NCBI GenBank assembly: GCA_943788175.1
Contig: CALSPG010000001.1
Span: forward strand, 288,001 to 352,000
Origin: an uncultured bacterium
Lineage (GTDB): Bacteria > Fidelibacterota > Marinisomatia > Marinisomatales > UBA1611
DNA: 64,000 bases
Direction of reading: 5' to 3'
This document shows positions 1 through 10,383 of this stretch, one piece after another. The position numbers and the translations under genes are program-made. The first letter of the stretch is position 1, and each line of letters starts with the position of its first letter. Below the pieces are notes generated by a model. That model was not told the origin of the DNA. It did no database searches and worked only from the letters and a program-made list of their open reading frames with translations.

Positions 1-792
1 GTAAATAGAATCGTATGGAATAATTACTAGTTTTTTATTTAAGGTTTTTAATACCCTTATATCTTTTTCAGTAAAAAGAGTGCCAGTTTTCTTTAACCAC
101 CTGTTAAAATAAAATAAAATTACGTCAGAGAGTTCTAATTGATAGTTTTTACTTAAACTATCCATAAACCAAAATGGATTGAAAAAATACCTGTCATTGT
201 GCTCAAGATTATCTTTTAGCAAGCGGGTATCACGCTCAAGCTTAATTTGATGCCTATAAAATAGACTTAAACTATCTTTATCTGGGAATTTTTGACCATT
301 AAATGGACTAATCAATAAATTAGAAATTGAATTAAAAAATTTAATATTATCATAAACAATTAGATTTATATCTGATATGTCAAAGATATATCGGATTTCA
401 TTATTATTTTTTGGTCTTAAACCAATTACCAAAGTATCCTCGGTTAATATTTCCATTAAAAGTAATTCGGGATTAGGACAATATGAACTTTTACCATCTT
501 TTGACATAGGCCAATTGCCCTCATAGAAACCGTACTTATTTAAGTTGTAATAAATATTTGCATTAGAAGTATTAGCAAATTCACCCCAATTGATAATAAG
601 ACTAAGGTCATTACCATTTATATAAATTGTTATTTCACCTCTGACTCGAGATGAGAAGACTCTCTCTTCGTTAGAACTATTTTTTTTTAATGTTAATATC
701 TTATCATCAATGACATTCTTTTTCCAACTAAAGTTCATAGAAAACAAAAATTCTACAAATACAAGAAGTGCTATAAAAAAAATATTATTCAA
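1..792 (-). CDS. Hypothetical, probably exported protein; partial, runs off the window start
   Basis: Hand translation: frame open from TTG at 792 (LNNIFFIALLVFVEFLFSMNFSW...) to position 1 with no stop; hydrophobic N-terminus. Absent from the ORF track, presumably because there is no stop in the window. Confidence 0.6.
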   Translation of the reverse strand, partial: MNNIFFIALLVFVEFLFSMNFSWKKNVIDDKILTLKKNSSNEERVFSSRVRGEITIYINGNDLSLIINWGEFANTSNANIYYNLNKYGFYEGNWPMSKDGKSSYCPNPELLLMEILTEDTLVIGLRPKNNNEIRYIFDISDINLIVYDNIKFFNSISNLLISPFNGQKFPDKDSLSLFYRHQIKLERDTRLLKDNLEHNDRYFFNPFWFMDSLSKNYQLELSDVILFYFNRWLKKTGTLFTEKDIRVLKTLNKKLVIIPYDSIY

Positions 793-800
793 GATATGAT

Positions 801-828
801 AAAAAAAATCCCCGCATAGCAGGGATTT
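801..828 (-). terminator. Intrinsic terminator downstream of 849..1580
   Basis: Minus strand AAATCCCTGC-TAT-GCGGGGATTT followed by a T run. Confidence 0.75.
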
Positions 829-848
829 GATTAGAAAAAATTAAATAT

Positions 849-1580
849 CTATTGCAACGACAAATAGAAGCTAACGCAAGAAGAATCGGTATTAAACCAA
901 GAGCCTTCAAGATTCACATTCCCACTTACATTATCGATAGAATACGTAAATGTTCTTTCGATAGTTGATTTGAAGCTACCATATTCTAGGTTATTGCAAG
1001 CATCAACATCAGTAATGTACGAAGGATTATCAAAAGAGTTGACGCATACAGAATCCATTTTTACAGTAACGGTTGAGTTAGCCTCATTAGAAGTCCAAGT
1101 GCCAGTTATAGCCGCACTTTGGCTGCATTCAGTTGTCTCAATATTATACTGATTATGTTCGTAATAGTTATTGCAGAACTCTATTGGTGTATAATCATAA
1201 TATTCGTAATAAGAGTCACTACAACCTTCGCTATTACTCCATGTGCCATAATAGTCCTCACACTCATATTTTAGGTTTACGCTTTGATCAAAAAACAATT
1301 GCAAGCTCCCATCTGATAATAACCAAAGATTATAGTTATCTATGTATGAATCAGTAAGGACATTTGAAGTGCTATCTTCTGTTTTTACGCAACTAGAAAA
1401 AGAACTAATAGAATCAGCGTACCAATCACCAATAATTGGGTTTTCAGTCTGAGAATCTCCATCAGCATCCCAGAGATCATCAATTTGCTCTTCGCAGCTA
1501 GAAAAGAATACCGCCATGAACACCGCCATAGACGATAATAATAAAGAGCGAATTTTAAATAATTTGGATATTATTTCCAT
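849..1580 (-). CDS. Hypothetical lipoprotein, Cys/Tyr/Ser-rich, lipocalin-like 'IIGDW' start
   Basis: Lipobox-like FFSSC after a hydrophobic stretch; AGGAG SD upstream. Confidence 0.7.
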   Translation of the reverse strand: MEIISKLFKIRSLLLSSMAVFMAVFFSSCEEQIDDLWDADGDSQTENPIIGDWYADSISSFSSCVKTEDSTSNVLTDSYIDNYNLWLLSDGSLQLFFDQSVNLKYECEDYYGTWSNSEGCSDSYYEYYDYTPIEFCNNYYEHNQYNIETTECSQSAAITGTWTSNEANSTVTVKMDSVCVNSFDNPSYITDVDACNNLEYGSFKSTIERTFTYSIDNVSGNVNLEGSWFNTDSSCVSFYLSLQ

Positions 1581-1681
1581 AATATTCTCCTAAAAAGTAA
1601 ATATTTATAATAATTATTCAGATTGTACTATAAATATACCTAAAAAAAATTAATATTAGATATATAAACAAAAAATTAATA

Positions 1682-2365
1682 CTACAATAAGTGTGCGTTC
1701 ATTTCTCGAATGAATTTCTTTTTATCATCATTATCGTTATCAAAAGTTGCGCCTATTATATTTTGGCCGTTTTTTCCTTTAATTAACAAAGCTCCGCTTG
1801 ATATTTTCATTTCTTTCAATATTAACACTCGTTCCTTAGAAAGTCTATCAAAGTCAAAATAGTTTTTACTATAATAATTAGATAACATCATAATATCTAA
1901 TATTAGACTTATGGAGCTTTCTTTATCTAATTCAAAACTTTTCATCCATTTGTAGTATAAAAACAAGAAAACTTCATAATTAAAATATAATTCACTAGAA
2001 TCCTTACGCGTTTTCCAGTATTTCCGATGATCATTATAGAAAACCATTCTATTTGATAACTCTAACTTATTTAAATCGTTTTCTTTCAAAAAAGAATTAC
2101 TACTCAACGCGGTTTTTCTAACACGCGTCTCTAATTCATAAAACTTAGTTATTTGATTTATTTGTGCTTTAGATTTTCTTATAGCATCTTCTGGGGTTAT
2201 CGTAAAGCACTTAACAAGGTTTAGCTGAATCATCCCGAAAAATATCCAATCATTTTTAGTTATAATTTTTTTGTCAATAAAAGATTGAAGTTCGGGGAAA
2301 TACAATCTGAGTTTTAATCTTATTTCCCTAATAATTTCTCTTTCTACTATTCTTGATGTTTTCAT
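1682..2365 (-). CDS. Hypothetical protein
   Basis: 227-aa ORF, no motif recognised. Confidence 0.6.
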   Translation of the reverse strand: MKTSRIVEREIIREIRLKLRLYFPELQSFIDKKIITKNDWIFFGMIQLNLVKCFTITPEDAIRKSKAQINQITKFYELETRVRKTALSSNSFLKENDLNKLELSNRMVFYNDHRKYWKTRKDSSELYFNYEVFLFLYYKWMKSFELDKESSISLILDIMMLSNYYSKNYFDFDRLSKERVLILKEMKISSGALLIKGKNGQNIIGATFDNDNDDKKKFIREMNAHLL

Positions 2366-2366
2366 G

Positions 2367-2525
2367 TTACAACTCTAAGTCAATAGTTTCTAAAGAATCT
2401 GGCTCAGATATAACTCTATTGTAATTTTCATAAAAAGACAAATCTACATTTGTTAAAATAAAAATTATTAAAACGAAAATGATGACGATGAATAAAATAT
2501 ATGTATAGTTACTGTTTTTTTTCAT
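2367..2525 (-). CDS. Small single-TM protein (52 aa)
   Basis: Hand translation MKKNSNYTYILFIVIIFVLIIFILTNVDLSFYENYNRVISEPDSLETIDLEL; fills the gap and its stop abuts the next start. Confidence 0.5.
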   Translation of the reverse strand: MKKNSNYTYILFIVIIFVLIIFILTNVDLSFYENYNRVISEPDSLETIDLEL

Positions 2526-2552
2526 ATAGTCTAATTATTTACGTTTTGATAA

Positions 2553-2759
2553 TCATATTTTAAAAAAAAACTTTCGTAGTAACTTAAAAAGGAATTTTAA
2601 AGTTGATGTTACTATTTCTTGTTTTATATAAGGATTTGAGTAAAAAAACTTTCCTCGCTTGAATATCATACTGAGTTCTTTTCGATTTAAACTTATAAAC
2701 CTATATATATACCAAAACACATAGGCGACTATTACGAAAATGATTATTCTTAAATACAT
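2553..2759 (-). CDS. Small membrane protein
   Basis: 68 aa with N-terminal TM helix. Confidence 0.45.
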   Translation of the reverse strand: MYLRIIIFVIVAYVFWYIYRFISLNRKELSMIFKRGKFFYSNPYIKQEIVTSTLKFLFKLLRKFFFKI

Positions 2760-2799
2760 AGTCTGACACTAAAAGCATTATAAAATATTTCAAGTATAA

Positions 2800-4146
2800 T
2801 CATTTTAGATATATCATTTTGTTTGATAAGAGTGTTTTATCTACGATTAATTGATAAAAATAAACGCCCGAGCTTATTTCTTGGTCAAATTGATTTTTGG
2901 CGTTCCAATTCATTTCATAATAACCACTATGTTTAAAATCACTAATTATATTTTTAATCAAATTTCCTCTTAAATCATATATGGATAAGTCTACATTTGA
3001 ATCGCGATGTAATAGAAAAACAAAATTTGTATACCCGTTAAATGGATTAGGATAATTATTCATTTCAAGTTTATAACTTTCAGGTAAATTAATATCAATA
3101 CCCAGGTAATTGGTTTTTAAAGAATTAATTAATCTTTGTTTACCATCTATAATATCATAACTAAGAGCCCATATCATTAAGCCGCCAATTTGATTATCTT
3201 TCACATAATCACTTTTTCGCGCAATAGAAGTAGAATCTTCTATGGTAATGATTTGGTCTTGTGTCGAATTTCGTAAATATGGTGATTGAGCTGTATTATC
3301 CCAATTATAATCCCAGCCGTTATTAATATAATGCTCATATTGATTATACAGTAGTGATGATACTTCACCTTGAAAAGACTGATTTATGTCTAAAGCATTG
3401 TATTGTTTGCCATAGAAAGCCAAACCGATATTAATCTTACTTCGAGGAATACCTCGGGTATTTGAAAGGTAATTAAAACCAGTGCTTACTGCTCCATCGG
3501 GATCGTTCACGGGAGAAGGATATAATGGTGCATTGTGACCTGCGTGATCGGTCCAAGACCCATGGAAATCATATGTCATTGCATTAAAATAACTAACATT
3601 TTGGATCAATGAATTAAAATCATAATGCTGCCCAGACCAATTGGAAACAGGTACAGCCATAGATATTAACCACTCAGGATATAGTTCATTAAATGCTTGT
3701 CTTAATTCAGCGATAAAATGACTTAAATTATTTTTTTGAGTGACACCGGTTGGATGCTCCCAATCAATGTCAATTCCATCATAATTGTTATTTTCGCAAA
3801 TACTAATGATATTATCAATAAAAATAGAACGCGCTTCTTCGGATTCGACTGATGGTGCAAATCCCCATGAATTTCCCCAACCGCCTAAACTCAGTAAAAT
3901 TTTTGCACCATGGTCATGTACAACGCTAGTAATTGATTGAGAAATCATATCATCATAGTGTAAAATATTACCCTCTTCATCAGGCCATGCGAAAGCATGA
4001 TTTACATGTGTAATTACACTATAGTCTATTTCTGAAGGATGAAGATTTCCTTGAACCCATTGTGGATAATAACCAACAACCCGTTGTGAAAAAGAAATAT
4101 CAAAAACACAGGTACATAATATTATAGTAGCTAGTAATAATTTCAT
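2800..4146 (-). CDS. Secreted GH18 chitinase-like glycoside hydrolase with FlgD/T9SS-A-like CTD
   Basis: RVVGYY, SLGGW, catalytic DGIDIDWE, MTYDFHGSW, GGLMIWAL; C-terminal NYPNPFN...KMIYLK. Confidence 0.9.
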   Translation of the reverse strand: MKLLLATIILCTCVFDISFSQRVVGYYPQWVQGNLHPSEIDYSVITHVNHAFAWPDEEGNILHYDDMISQSITSVVHDHGAKILLSLGGWGNSWGFAPSVESEEARSIFIDNIISICENNNYDGIDIDWEHPTGVTQKNNLSHFIAELRQAFNELYPEWLISMAVPVSNWSGQHYDFNSLIQNVSYFNAMTYDFHGSWTDHAGHNAPLYPSPVNDPDGAVSTGFNYLSNTRGIPRSKINIGLAFYGKQYNALDINQSFQGEVSSLLYNQYEHYINNGWDYNWDNTAQSPYLRNSTQDQIITIEDSTSIARKSDYVKDNQIGGLMIWALSYDIIDGKQRLINSLKTNYLGIDINLPESYKLEMNNYPNPFNGYTNFVFLLHRDSNVDLSIYDLRGNLIKNIISDFKHSGYYEMNWNAKNQFDQEISSGVYFYQLIVDKTLLSNKMIYLK

Positions 4147-4241
4147 TCTTAATTGAAGATTAGCGAATTTAATATTAGATAGCTAATCTAGTTATCAAAA
4201 AAAGTAATAAATAATTAAGGAATATCTTTAAAAAGCTAAAA

Positions 4242-7200
4242 CTACTTTAGTAGTATCATTTTTTTTGAACTATTAAACTCTTTTGTTTGTAGGGATAAAA
4301 TATATACACCTGCGGGTAAAATTGAACCTAAATTATTTTCTCCGCGCCACATAATTTCTTTATATCCTGGTGATTGAACAGAATTAACTAAAGACTTTAC
4401 ATTTTCACCTTTAAGGTTATATATATTTGCATTTACAATTGTTCTTATTGGTAATTCATACTGAATCTTTGTTATAGGGTTAAATGGGTTTGGATAATTC
4501 TGCTTTAACAAGAATAAATGTGGAACAGGATCGATTTCGGTATCTAGCTCTCCATTAAAACAGCTTCCAACTTCATATGTATGTGGTTCCGCGGATGTGT
4601 TCCTCTCTAAACCATTATACGAATATGTGTAATAAAACTGTATCATCTCACCTTCATTTGCATTTATTTGAAATGGAATATTAGGGCTTACATTGTATCC
4701 TGGCGGTGTTCCCCCTGTGCTATAATAAAGAATACAAGTTGGGTTTCCCACATGCCCTTGACTTGGTATAAAAGTAAGCGTTGGGTTATTTATATCGTCA
4801 GAAAATTCATATGTATAGTCGCCATTGCCTGGACCGCCTATGCATGATGGCGCCTCAATTATTTCAATTTCAAATGAGTTTGATTCAGAAGATAAGCCAT
4901 CATCGTCTGTTGCAATAACCTTGATAGTATGATACCCCAATGAAATGTTTTCCCAAAGGTATTCAAATGGTTCTTCAATTATTTCGGTAATAATTATGTC
5001 ATTATCATAAAATTGAATTAATTCAATCTCTCCATCAATATCAGTCGCACTAGCAATAAGCTCTATAGAAGTTCCCTGATAATATGTCTCACTTAAATTG
5101 GATGTATTTAAGGAAACAGAAGGTGATAGGTATTCAGAATCAGAAACAAAAATATTTACGTAATCTTCTGATGAGTGAGAATTATCATCTACAATAAGTT
5201 TAAATTTGTATGTTCCCTCTATTAATCCTGTGATATTTGTTTCTACAGTTAGTGGTGTTACTATACTTACAGTATTAGGGCCAAATATTTGAACCCATTG
5301 AAAATTTAAATTATCTGTATCAATATCTGAACTTAAGCTACCATTAAGAGTTGCAGTTGAATTTGGTAAAATTACTAGTACATCCTCCCCTGCGTTTGAT
5401 AATGGTGGGTTATAATCTAAATTTCTATTAAACGTAAAATTTAACCTACCTAGATTAAATCCACCCTGTATAAAAACAATCCTTAGAACATGTTTTCCTG
5501 TATTTAGTTCAATGTTTTGAGAATTTCCCGTTTGCCAGTTATACCAATCCCCTGTATTAGCAGCATATATATTATCACTAACTATTTCTCCATTTATCTC
5601 AAAATGAAAAGGGCCACCTCCACCCGCAATATCTGAAGCATATCTATAGTCTAAGTCATAGTAGCCAGCGGCAAGAACATTTATCGAGTATTCAACCCAT
5701 TCACCTGGCTCAATCCAGCCCAGAGTTGGTCCTTCGATATTTCCAGAGTATTCGACATCAACGTATTCATCAGTCCTATAGTCTCCTTCATTGTTAAGTG
5801 AATTATCAAAATATGAAATATTTTGGCCTAAGCCTCCTTCAAAAGCATCATATTTACCCGGTTCAATAATACCCGGGATATTGTTTTCAGAATTGTTATA
5901 GGCTAACTGTTCCCCAACAACAATTGTAATAAAATTGGTTAATCCAAATTCAGAACCAGAAAACATTTTACCGTAAATATTATGAGTTCCCAAAGACAGA
6001 TTTTGGGCTGTGAACTCAAATGGTTGTGATGTTACCTCACCAATTAGATCTCCGTTATCATAAAACTCTAATCTTGTAATATTTTGATTTTGGGATTCAA
6101 AGCTAATTAAAGCACTACCATTTATGTATGACTGAACAAAATCTGTTTGTATTGAACCTGCTATAGCTTCTCCTCTATTTGTGCCCATGTCTTTTGGATT
6201 CACGGTTAATTGATATCCATCAGAAAAAGATACTAATAACGGTTCTTCCGTATAATTATGAGCGGCGTATGTAATCTGTCCATTCTTATTAAAACTAGCA
6301 GCAATTGGCCAGTTAGCTGTGATTTCAGACCTATATTGTCCTAATGCATTCATACTATGTAGCCAGTAATATGTCTGAGCATCTGAGATTCCAAACTTTA
6401 AAATTCTATCTGGATTCGAATTGTAAAGTTCAATTGCAGCAGGAGCATCAATATATGAAAGGTATTTCCAAAACACATCATGCCATAAATTTGGATTTAT
6501 CTCATTGTTTAAAATCCCTGTATTGCTAGTGATCTCTGTCCATAGATTAGTAGTATATTCTAAATTATGAGATAAATAAAAAGACCCACCATGAATTGGA
6601 TACATTTCAATACCGTAGGAAGCTGCTATATCATTAGTCCAGAATGTCCCGTTGTCATATGAATTCCCCCAGACCCTTGAGACTAAGCTATATTGTTGAT
6701 TATCACCAAAGTTTCTATTGTACATATCAAACCAGTACTCATCAATAGCTGTTCTTTCTGTGGTATATAAATAAATACCTAGGTCTCTGATCTCATCATT
6801 ACCTGTAACGCTTCCCCAGTGTATTAATGAGGAATTAAACTGCATGCTTTCAGAGGTAGATTCTTGGTCATTTCCTTGAGGGAAAGTAGCAAATCCATTT
6901 GCCCAGCAGTGGCCTGCAAAAGGGCTAAAACTTCTTAAAAATGGGTAATTAGGGTCATCTCTATTAGATGATGCAGCATCTCTCACTAAATGATTTACCA
7001 TCTCACCCCATTCATCTGCCCAACCGGGATCAAATTGTTCGATAAATGATGCAGCATGAATAAAATAACCCCAATGAAAATGATGATCGTTAATATTGTT
7101 ATCTTGACCATGCCCTGAAGGGTAACCAATTAATGTGGACCAAGTAGAATTATAGTAGAAAATAAAAGCAACTTCAGATGAAGAAGCTGTTAACCAATCT

Positions 7201-8390
7201 TCTAACCTATTTTTGACTGTCACAATCATCTGATCTCTTGCTTCTGTATTACCTAATTCATGAGCTATTCTAGCGGTCTGAACTAAGCGGTTCATTACTT
7301 GGCCTTCGTTGTAAGAGTCGGTCCATGTTGCAAGTTGATTATTCTCAATTTGTGAAATTTTATTTTGTAAATCCGCTGGATTATAACTCTCGCTATAATG
7401 GGGCAAATCTGGTAAAGTTGGAAGAATCCCGGAAAATAAATTTTTTGTACTGAAATTATTTCCATTTAACATTTTTAGTTCACCCCTTACGCTATTATAT
7501 GAATATTCATATGGATAGGGTGACTCATCAGATAAATTATTCCATTGGTGAGGAAGTAAACCTTGTAAAATATTTTCGTATGAGCCTTCTTTAATATCTA
7601 CTTCTACTAAAAAGTCAGTATAAACGACTGAGTTGTTATTATCATATGACCATTCAACAGAGGTATTTTGAGGAAAAACGTAGGCATATTTCTGTAGATC
7701 CGCGACAACTGAATTAAGGTTGCTGTAGTCTTGTGGCAGCATAGCAAGTGACCAATAATTTTGACCATTTAAGCTGGAGGTATACTTATTACCAGATTGT
7801 TGCCAAGAACTCCCGGTAGGAGCATAAATAACAAAATCTGCTCCATTTCTGGCATCCTCTATTATCATTTTTTCACTTAAAACAGTGACTTGACCTAAGT
7901 TTACTTCTATTTCAACTTCTGAATTTGTGTCTTTATTAAAATAAATAAAAGGCATGCCTACGCCAGAAGTGGCTTGGAGGGAATTATTTTCATCTGTCCA
8001 GTCTAACGTTACAGTCCAATCAGAAAAATCATATACTTTTGCTTTAGATGAGCTCAATCCAGATAGACCAATAATTATTGGTTCTTGATCATCGTATACC
8101 CCCCATGGTAAATAACTCACAACTAAACCTTTATTTACTGTTTTAAGAGCCATCGGATAGTTAAAGAGATTACTTACATGGTCATTTTTTATAACCGAGG
8201 ACCACCAATCATTAGTTGGTATATGCTTGTTTGAAGCTGGTCCAATTGTTTGTGGTTGTCCTGATGGATAGCTATTTCTTCCGGCCTCATCAGTACCAGG
8301 AAAACTAGTCGTGTAGCTACCAGAACCGACTTGAACAACTTGTGAAAAAACAAAGTTTATTAAAAATAATATTATAGTGTATTTAATCAT
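4242..8390 (-). CDS. Secreted multimodular GH81 endo-beta-1,3-glucanase (GH81, Ig, CBM6-like, PKD, Ig, CBM56-like, sorting CTD)
   Basis: PTNDWWS, NDHHFHWGYF and DQESTSES GH81 motifs; GWIEPGEWVEY...TGDWYNW CBM6-like; NAGED PKD; NYPNPFNP...KMILLK. Confidence 0.88.
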   Translation of the reverse strand: MIKYTIILFLINFVFSQVVQVGSGSYTTSFPGTDEAGRNSYPSGQPQTIGPASNKHIPTNDWWSSVIKNDHVSNLFNYPMALKTVNKGLVVSYLPWGVYDDQEPIIIGLSGLSSSKAKVYDFSDWTVTLDWTDENNSLQATSGVGMPFIYFNKDTNSEVEIEVNLGQVTVLSEKMIIEDARNGADFVIYAPTGSSWQQSGNKYTSSLNGQNYWSLAMLPQDYSNLNSVVADLQKYAYVFPQNTSVEWSYDNNNSVVYTDFLVEVDIKEGSYENILQGLLPHQWNNLSDESPYPYEYSYNSVRGELKMLNGNNFSTKNLFSGILPTLPDLPHYSESYNPADLQNKISQIENNQLATWTDSYNEGQVMNRLVQTARIAHELGNTEARDQMIVTVKNRLEDWLTASSSEVAFIFYYNSTWSTLIGYPSGHGQDNNINDHHFHWGYFIHAASFIEQFDPGWADEWGEMVNHLVRDAASSNRDDPNYPFLRSFSPFAGHCWANGFATFPQGNDQESTSESMQFNSSLIHWGSVTGNDEIRDLGIYLYTTERTAIDEYWFDMYNRNFGDNQQYSLVSRVWGNSYDNGTFWTNDIAASYGIEMYPIHGGSFYLSHNLEYTTNLWTEITSNTGILNNEINPNLWHDVFWKYLSYIDAPAAIELYNSNPDRILKFGISDAQTYYWLHSMNALGQYRSEITANWPIAASFNKNGQITYAAHNYTEEPLLVSFSDGYQLTVNPKDMGTNRGEAIAGSIQTDFVQSYINGSALISFESQNQNITRLEFYDNGDLIGEVTSQPFEFTAQNLSLGTHNIYGKMFSGSEFGLTNFITIVVGEQLAYNNSENNIPGIIEPGKYDAFEGGLGQNISYFDNSLNNEGDYRTDEYVDVEYSGNIEGPTLGWIEPGEWVEYSINVLAAGYYDLDYRYASDIAGGGGPFHFEINGEIVSDNIYAANTGDWYNWQTGNSQNIELNTGKHVLRIVFIQGGFNLGRLNFTFNRNLDYNPPLSNAGEDVLVILPNSTATLNGSLSSDIDTDNLNFQWVQIFGPNTVSIVTPLTVETNITGLIEGTYKFKLIVDDNSHSSEDYVNIFVSDSEYLSPSVSLNTSNLSETYYQGTSIELIASATDIDGEIELIQFYDNDIIITEIIEEPFEYLWENISLGYHTIKVIATDDDGLSSESNSFEIEIIEAPSCIGGPGNGDYTYEFSDDINNPTLTFIPSQGHVGNPTCILYYSTGGTPPGYNVSPNIPFQINANEGEMIQFYYTYSYNGLERNTSAEPHTYEVGSCFNGELDTEIDPVPHLFLLKQNYPNPFNPITKIQYELPIRTIVNANIYNLKGENVKSLVNSVQSPGYKEIMWRGENNLGSILPAGVYILSLQTKEFNSSKKMILLK

Positions 8391-8592
8391 GTTTAATTTT
8401 ACTAAAATAATTAATTATTAATCGAAAACATTTTAAATACTTAACCTTGAATTATACTTTTGCATTTTGTGTTTTCAATTAAAAAAAACAAATCTTCCAT
8501 AATTTTAAATACGTCCTTTAATCGTATACTGGTTTTTGTTAAACTCCCCTCCTAAAAATTTATAAATTTAAAAAAGAGACCTAAAATCAAAT

Positions 8593-10202
8593 ATGATTAC
8601 TACATCTAATATTTCCATGCAATTCGGTTCGAAGCCATTATTTGAAAGTATATCCGTCGCTTTCTCTGATAAAAATAGATATGGCCTCATTGGTGCAAAC
8701 GGTTCTGGAAAATCAACCTTTATGAAAATACTTACGGGTGAATTAGAACCTACCTCTGGAACCGTATCGATTGATAAAAATAAACGAGTTTCAAAACTGA
8801 GTCAAGATCAGTTTGCATATGAAGATATAAAAGTATCTGATTGTGTTATTATGGGGGCACGATTTGCTCTGGAAAATCAAAAATGAGAGAGAAAAAACTT
8901 TATAGTCTGCCTGAAATGACTGATGAGCAAGGAATGAAAGTCGCTGAATTAGAAGTTGAATTTGGGAGAGATGGATGGATATACGGCTGAAGCGAATGCT
9001 GAGGAACTGCTCCTGGGACTTGGAATTCCAATCGAAGACCACGACAAGCCAATGAGTTCTATTGCTCCAGGTTTGAAATTACGAGTACTCTTAGCGCAAG
9101 CTCTATTTGGCGGACCCAGGCATACTACTATTGGATGAGCCGACAAACAATCTTGATATAAATACTATTCGATGGCTTGAAAACACGTGTAAAAAAACAA
9201 AGATTGTGTTGATGATTGTCATCTCTCATGATAGGCGATTTTTAAATAGTGTATGCACAAATATGGCAGATTTAGATTACGGCGAAATAAGGGTTATTAC
9301 AACGGAAACTATGATGACTTTATGATTGCAGCAACCATGGCCAGAGAAACACTTATGAACGAGAACGCAAAAAAACAAGCAAAGATAAAAGAATTACAAT
9401 CATTTGTTAGTCGTTTTTCTGCAAATGCATCTAAAGCCTAAGCAAGCTACATCAAGGGCAAACCAAATAAATAAGATAAAATTAGAAGATATATAATTCT
9501 TCTAGCAGGGTTTACCCATTTATTAGATTTAAGCAAGAACAAAAAAGTTGCATAACAAGGTGGTTGACATCGAAAACATTTCTAAGTCTTATGATGATTT
9601 AAATGTTATTAAAAAATTTAATATGACTATTAATACTGGCGATAGAATCGCTATTGTTGGTGAAAATGGAATCGGTAAAACAACTTTACTTAAATGTATC
9701 ATTGAAAGCAGTTTTTCTGATAACGGTATTATTAAATGGTCTGAAAATGCATCTATTGGCTATTTTGCGCAAAATCACAGCGATGAATTCAAAGGCGATA
9801 TAAGTTTGATTGATTGGATGGCTAAATGGAGTCATAAAGATGATGATCTAGAAACTATAAGAGGCACATTAGGTCGATTATTGTTCAATCAAGATGATAT
9901 TAATAAACCAATTAGTGTATTATCTGGCGGAGAACAACGTCGAATGCTAATTGGAAAAATCATCCTACAAAGGGCAAATGTCATTATATTAGATGAACCG
10001 GACTAATCACTTAGATATGGAATCAATAGAAGCCCTAAATCATGCTCTAAGTATATTTGAAGGAACAATTATTTTTGTTTAGCCATGATAGAGAGTTTAT
10101 CTCTTCTCTTTCAACTAGACTATTAGAAGTTCGAGAAGAAAAGATAGTAGAGCACAGTGGGGGGTTATGAAAGTTATAGGGACAGTATTAATGGAAGCTT
10201 AG
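8593..10202 (+). CDS. ybiT: ABC-F family ATPase (YbiT-like), broken by several frameshifts; end approximate
   Basis: Fragments join to [44 protein letters not shown](T)NHLD, SHDRE. Confidence 0.8.
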
Positions 10203-10211
10203 ATAAAAGTA

Positions 10212-10376
10212 TTAATCATGTCCTCTTTCTGAAGGATCATTTACATCTTTGCTAAAAGCAGATTTTGAACCTGTCTTATTTGTAACTATTTTTTCTTCTA
10301 GCTTTTTAGATTGGCCATCATCTTCAGTTAGACTGGTACTTGAATAGTTGTTTTTATTTTTTTTTGTTAAAGGCAT
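10212..10376 (-). CDS. Small charged hypothetical protein (likely start MPLTKK at 10376)
   Basis: Part of track ORF 10212..10424; this ATG follows the probable cimA stop. Confidence 0.35.
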   Translation of the reverse strand: MPLTKKNKNNYSSTSLTEDDGQSKKLEEKIVTNKTGSKSAFSKDVNDPSERGHD

Positions 10377-10383
10377 ATCTTTA

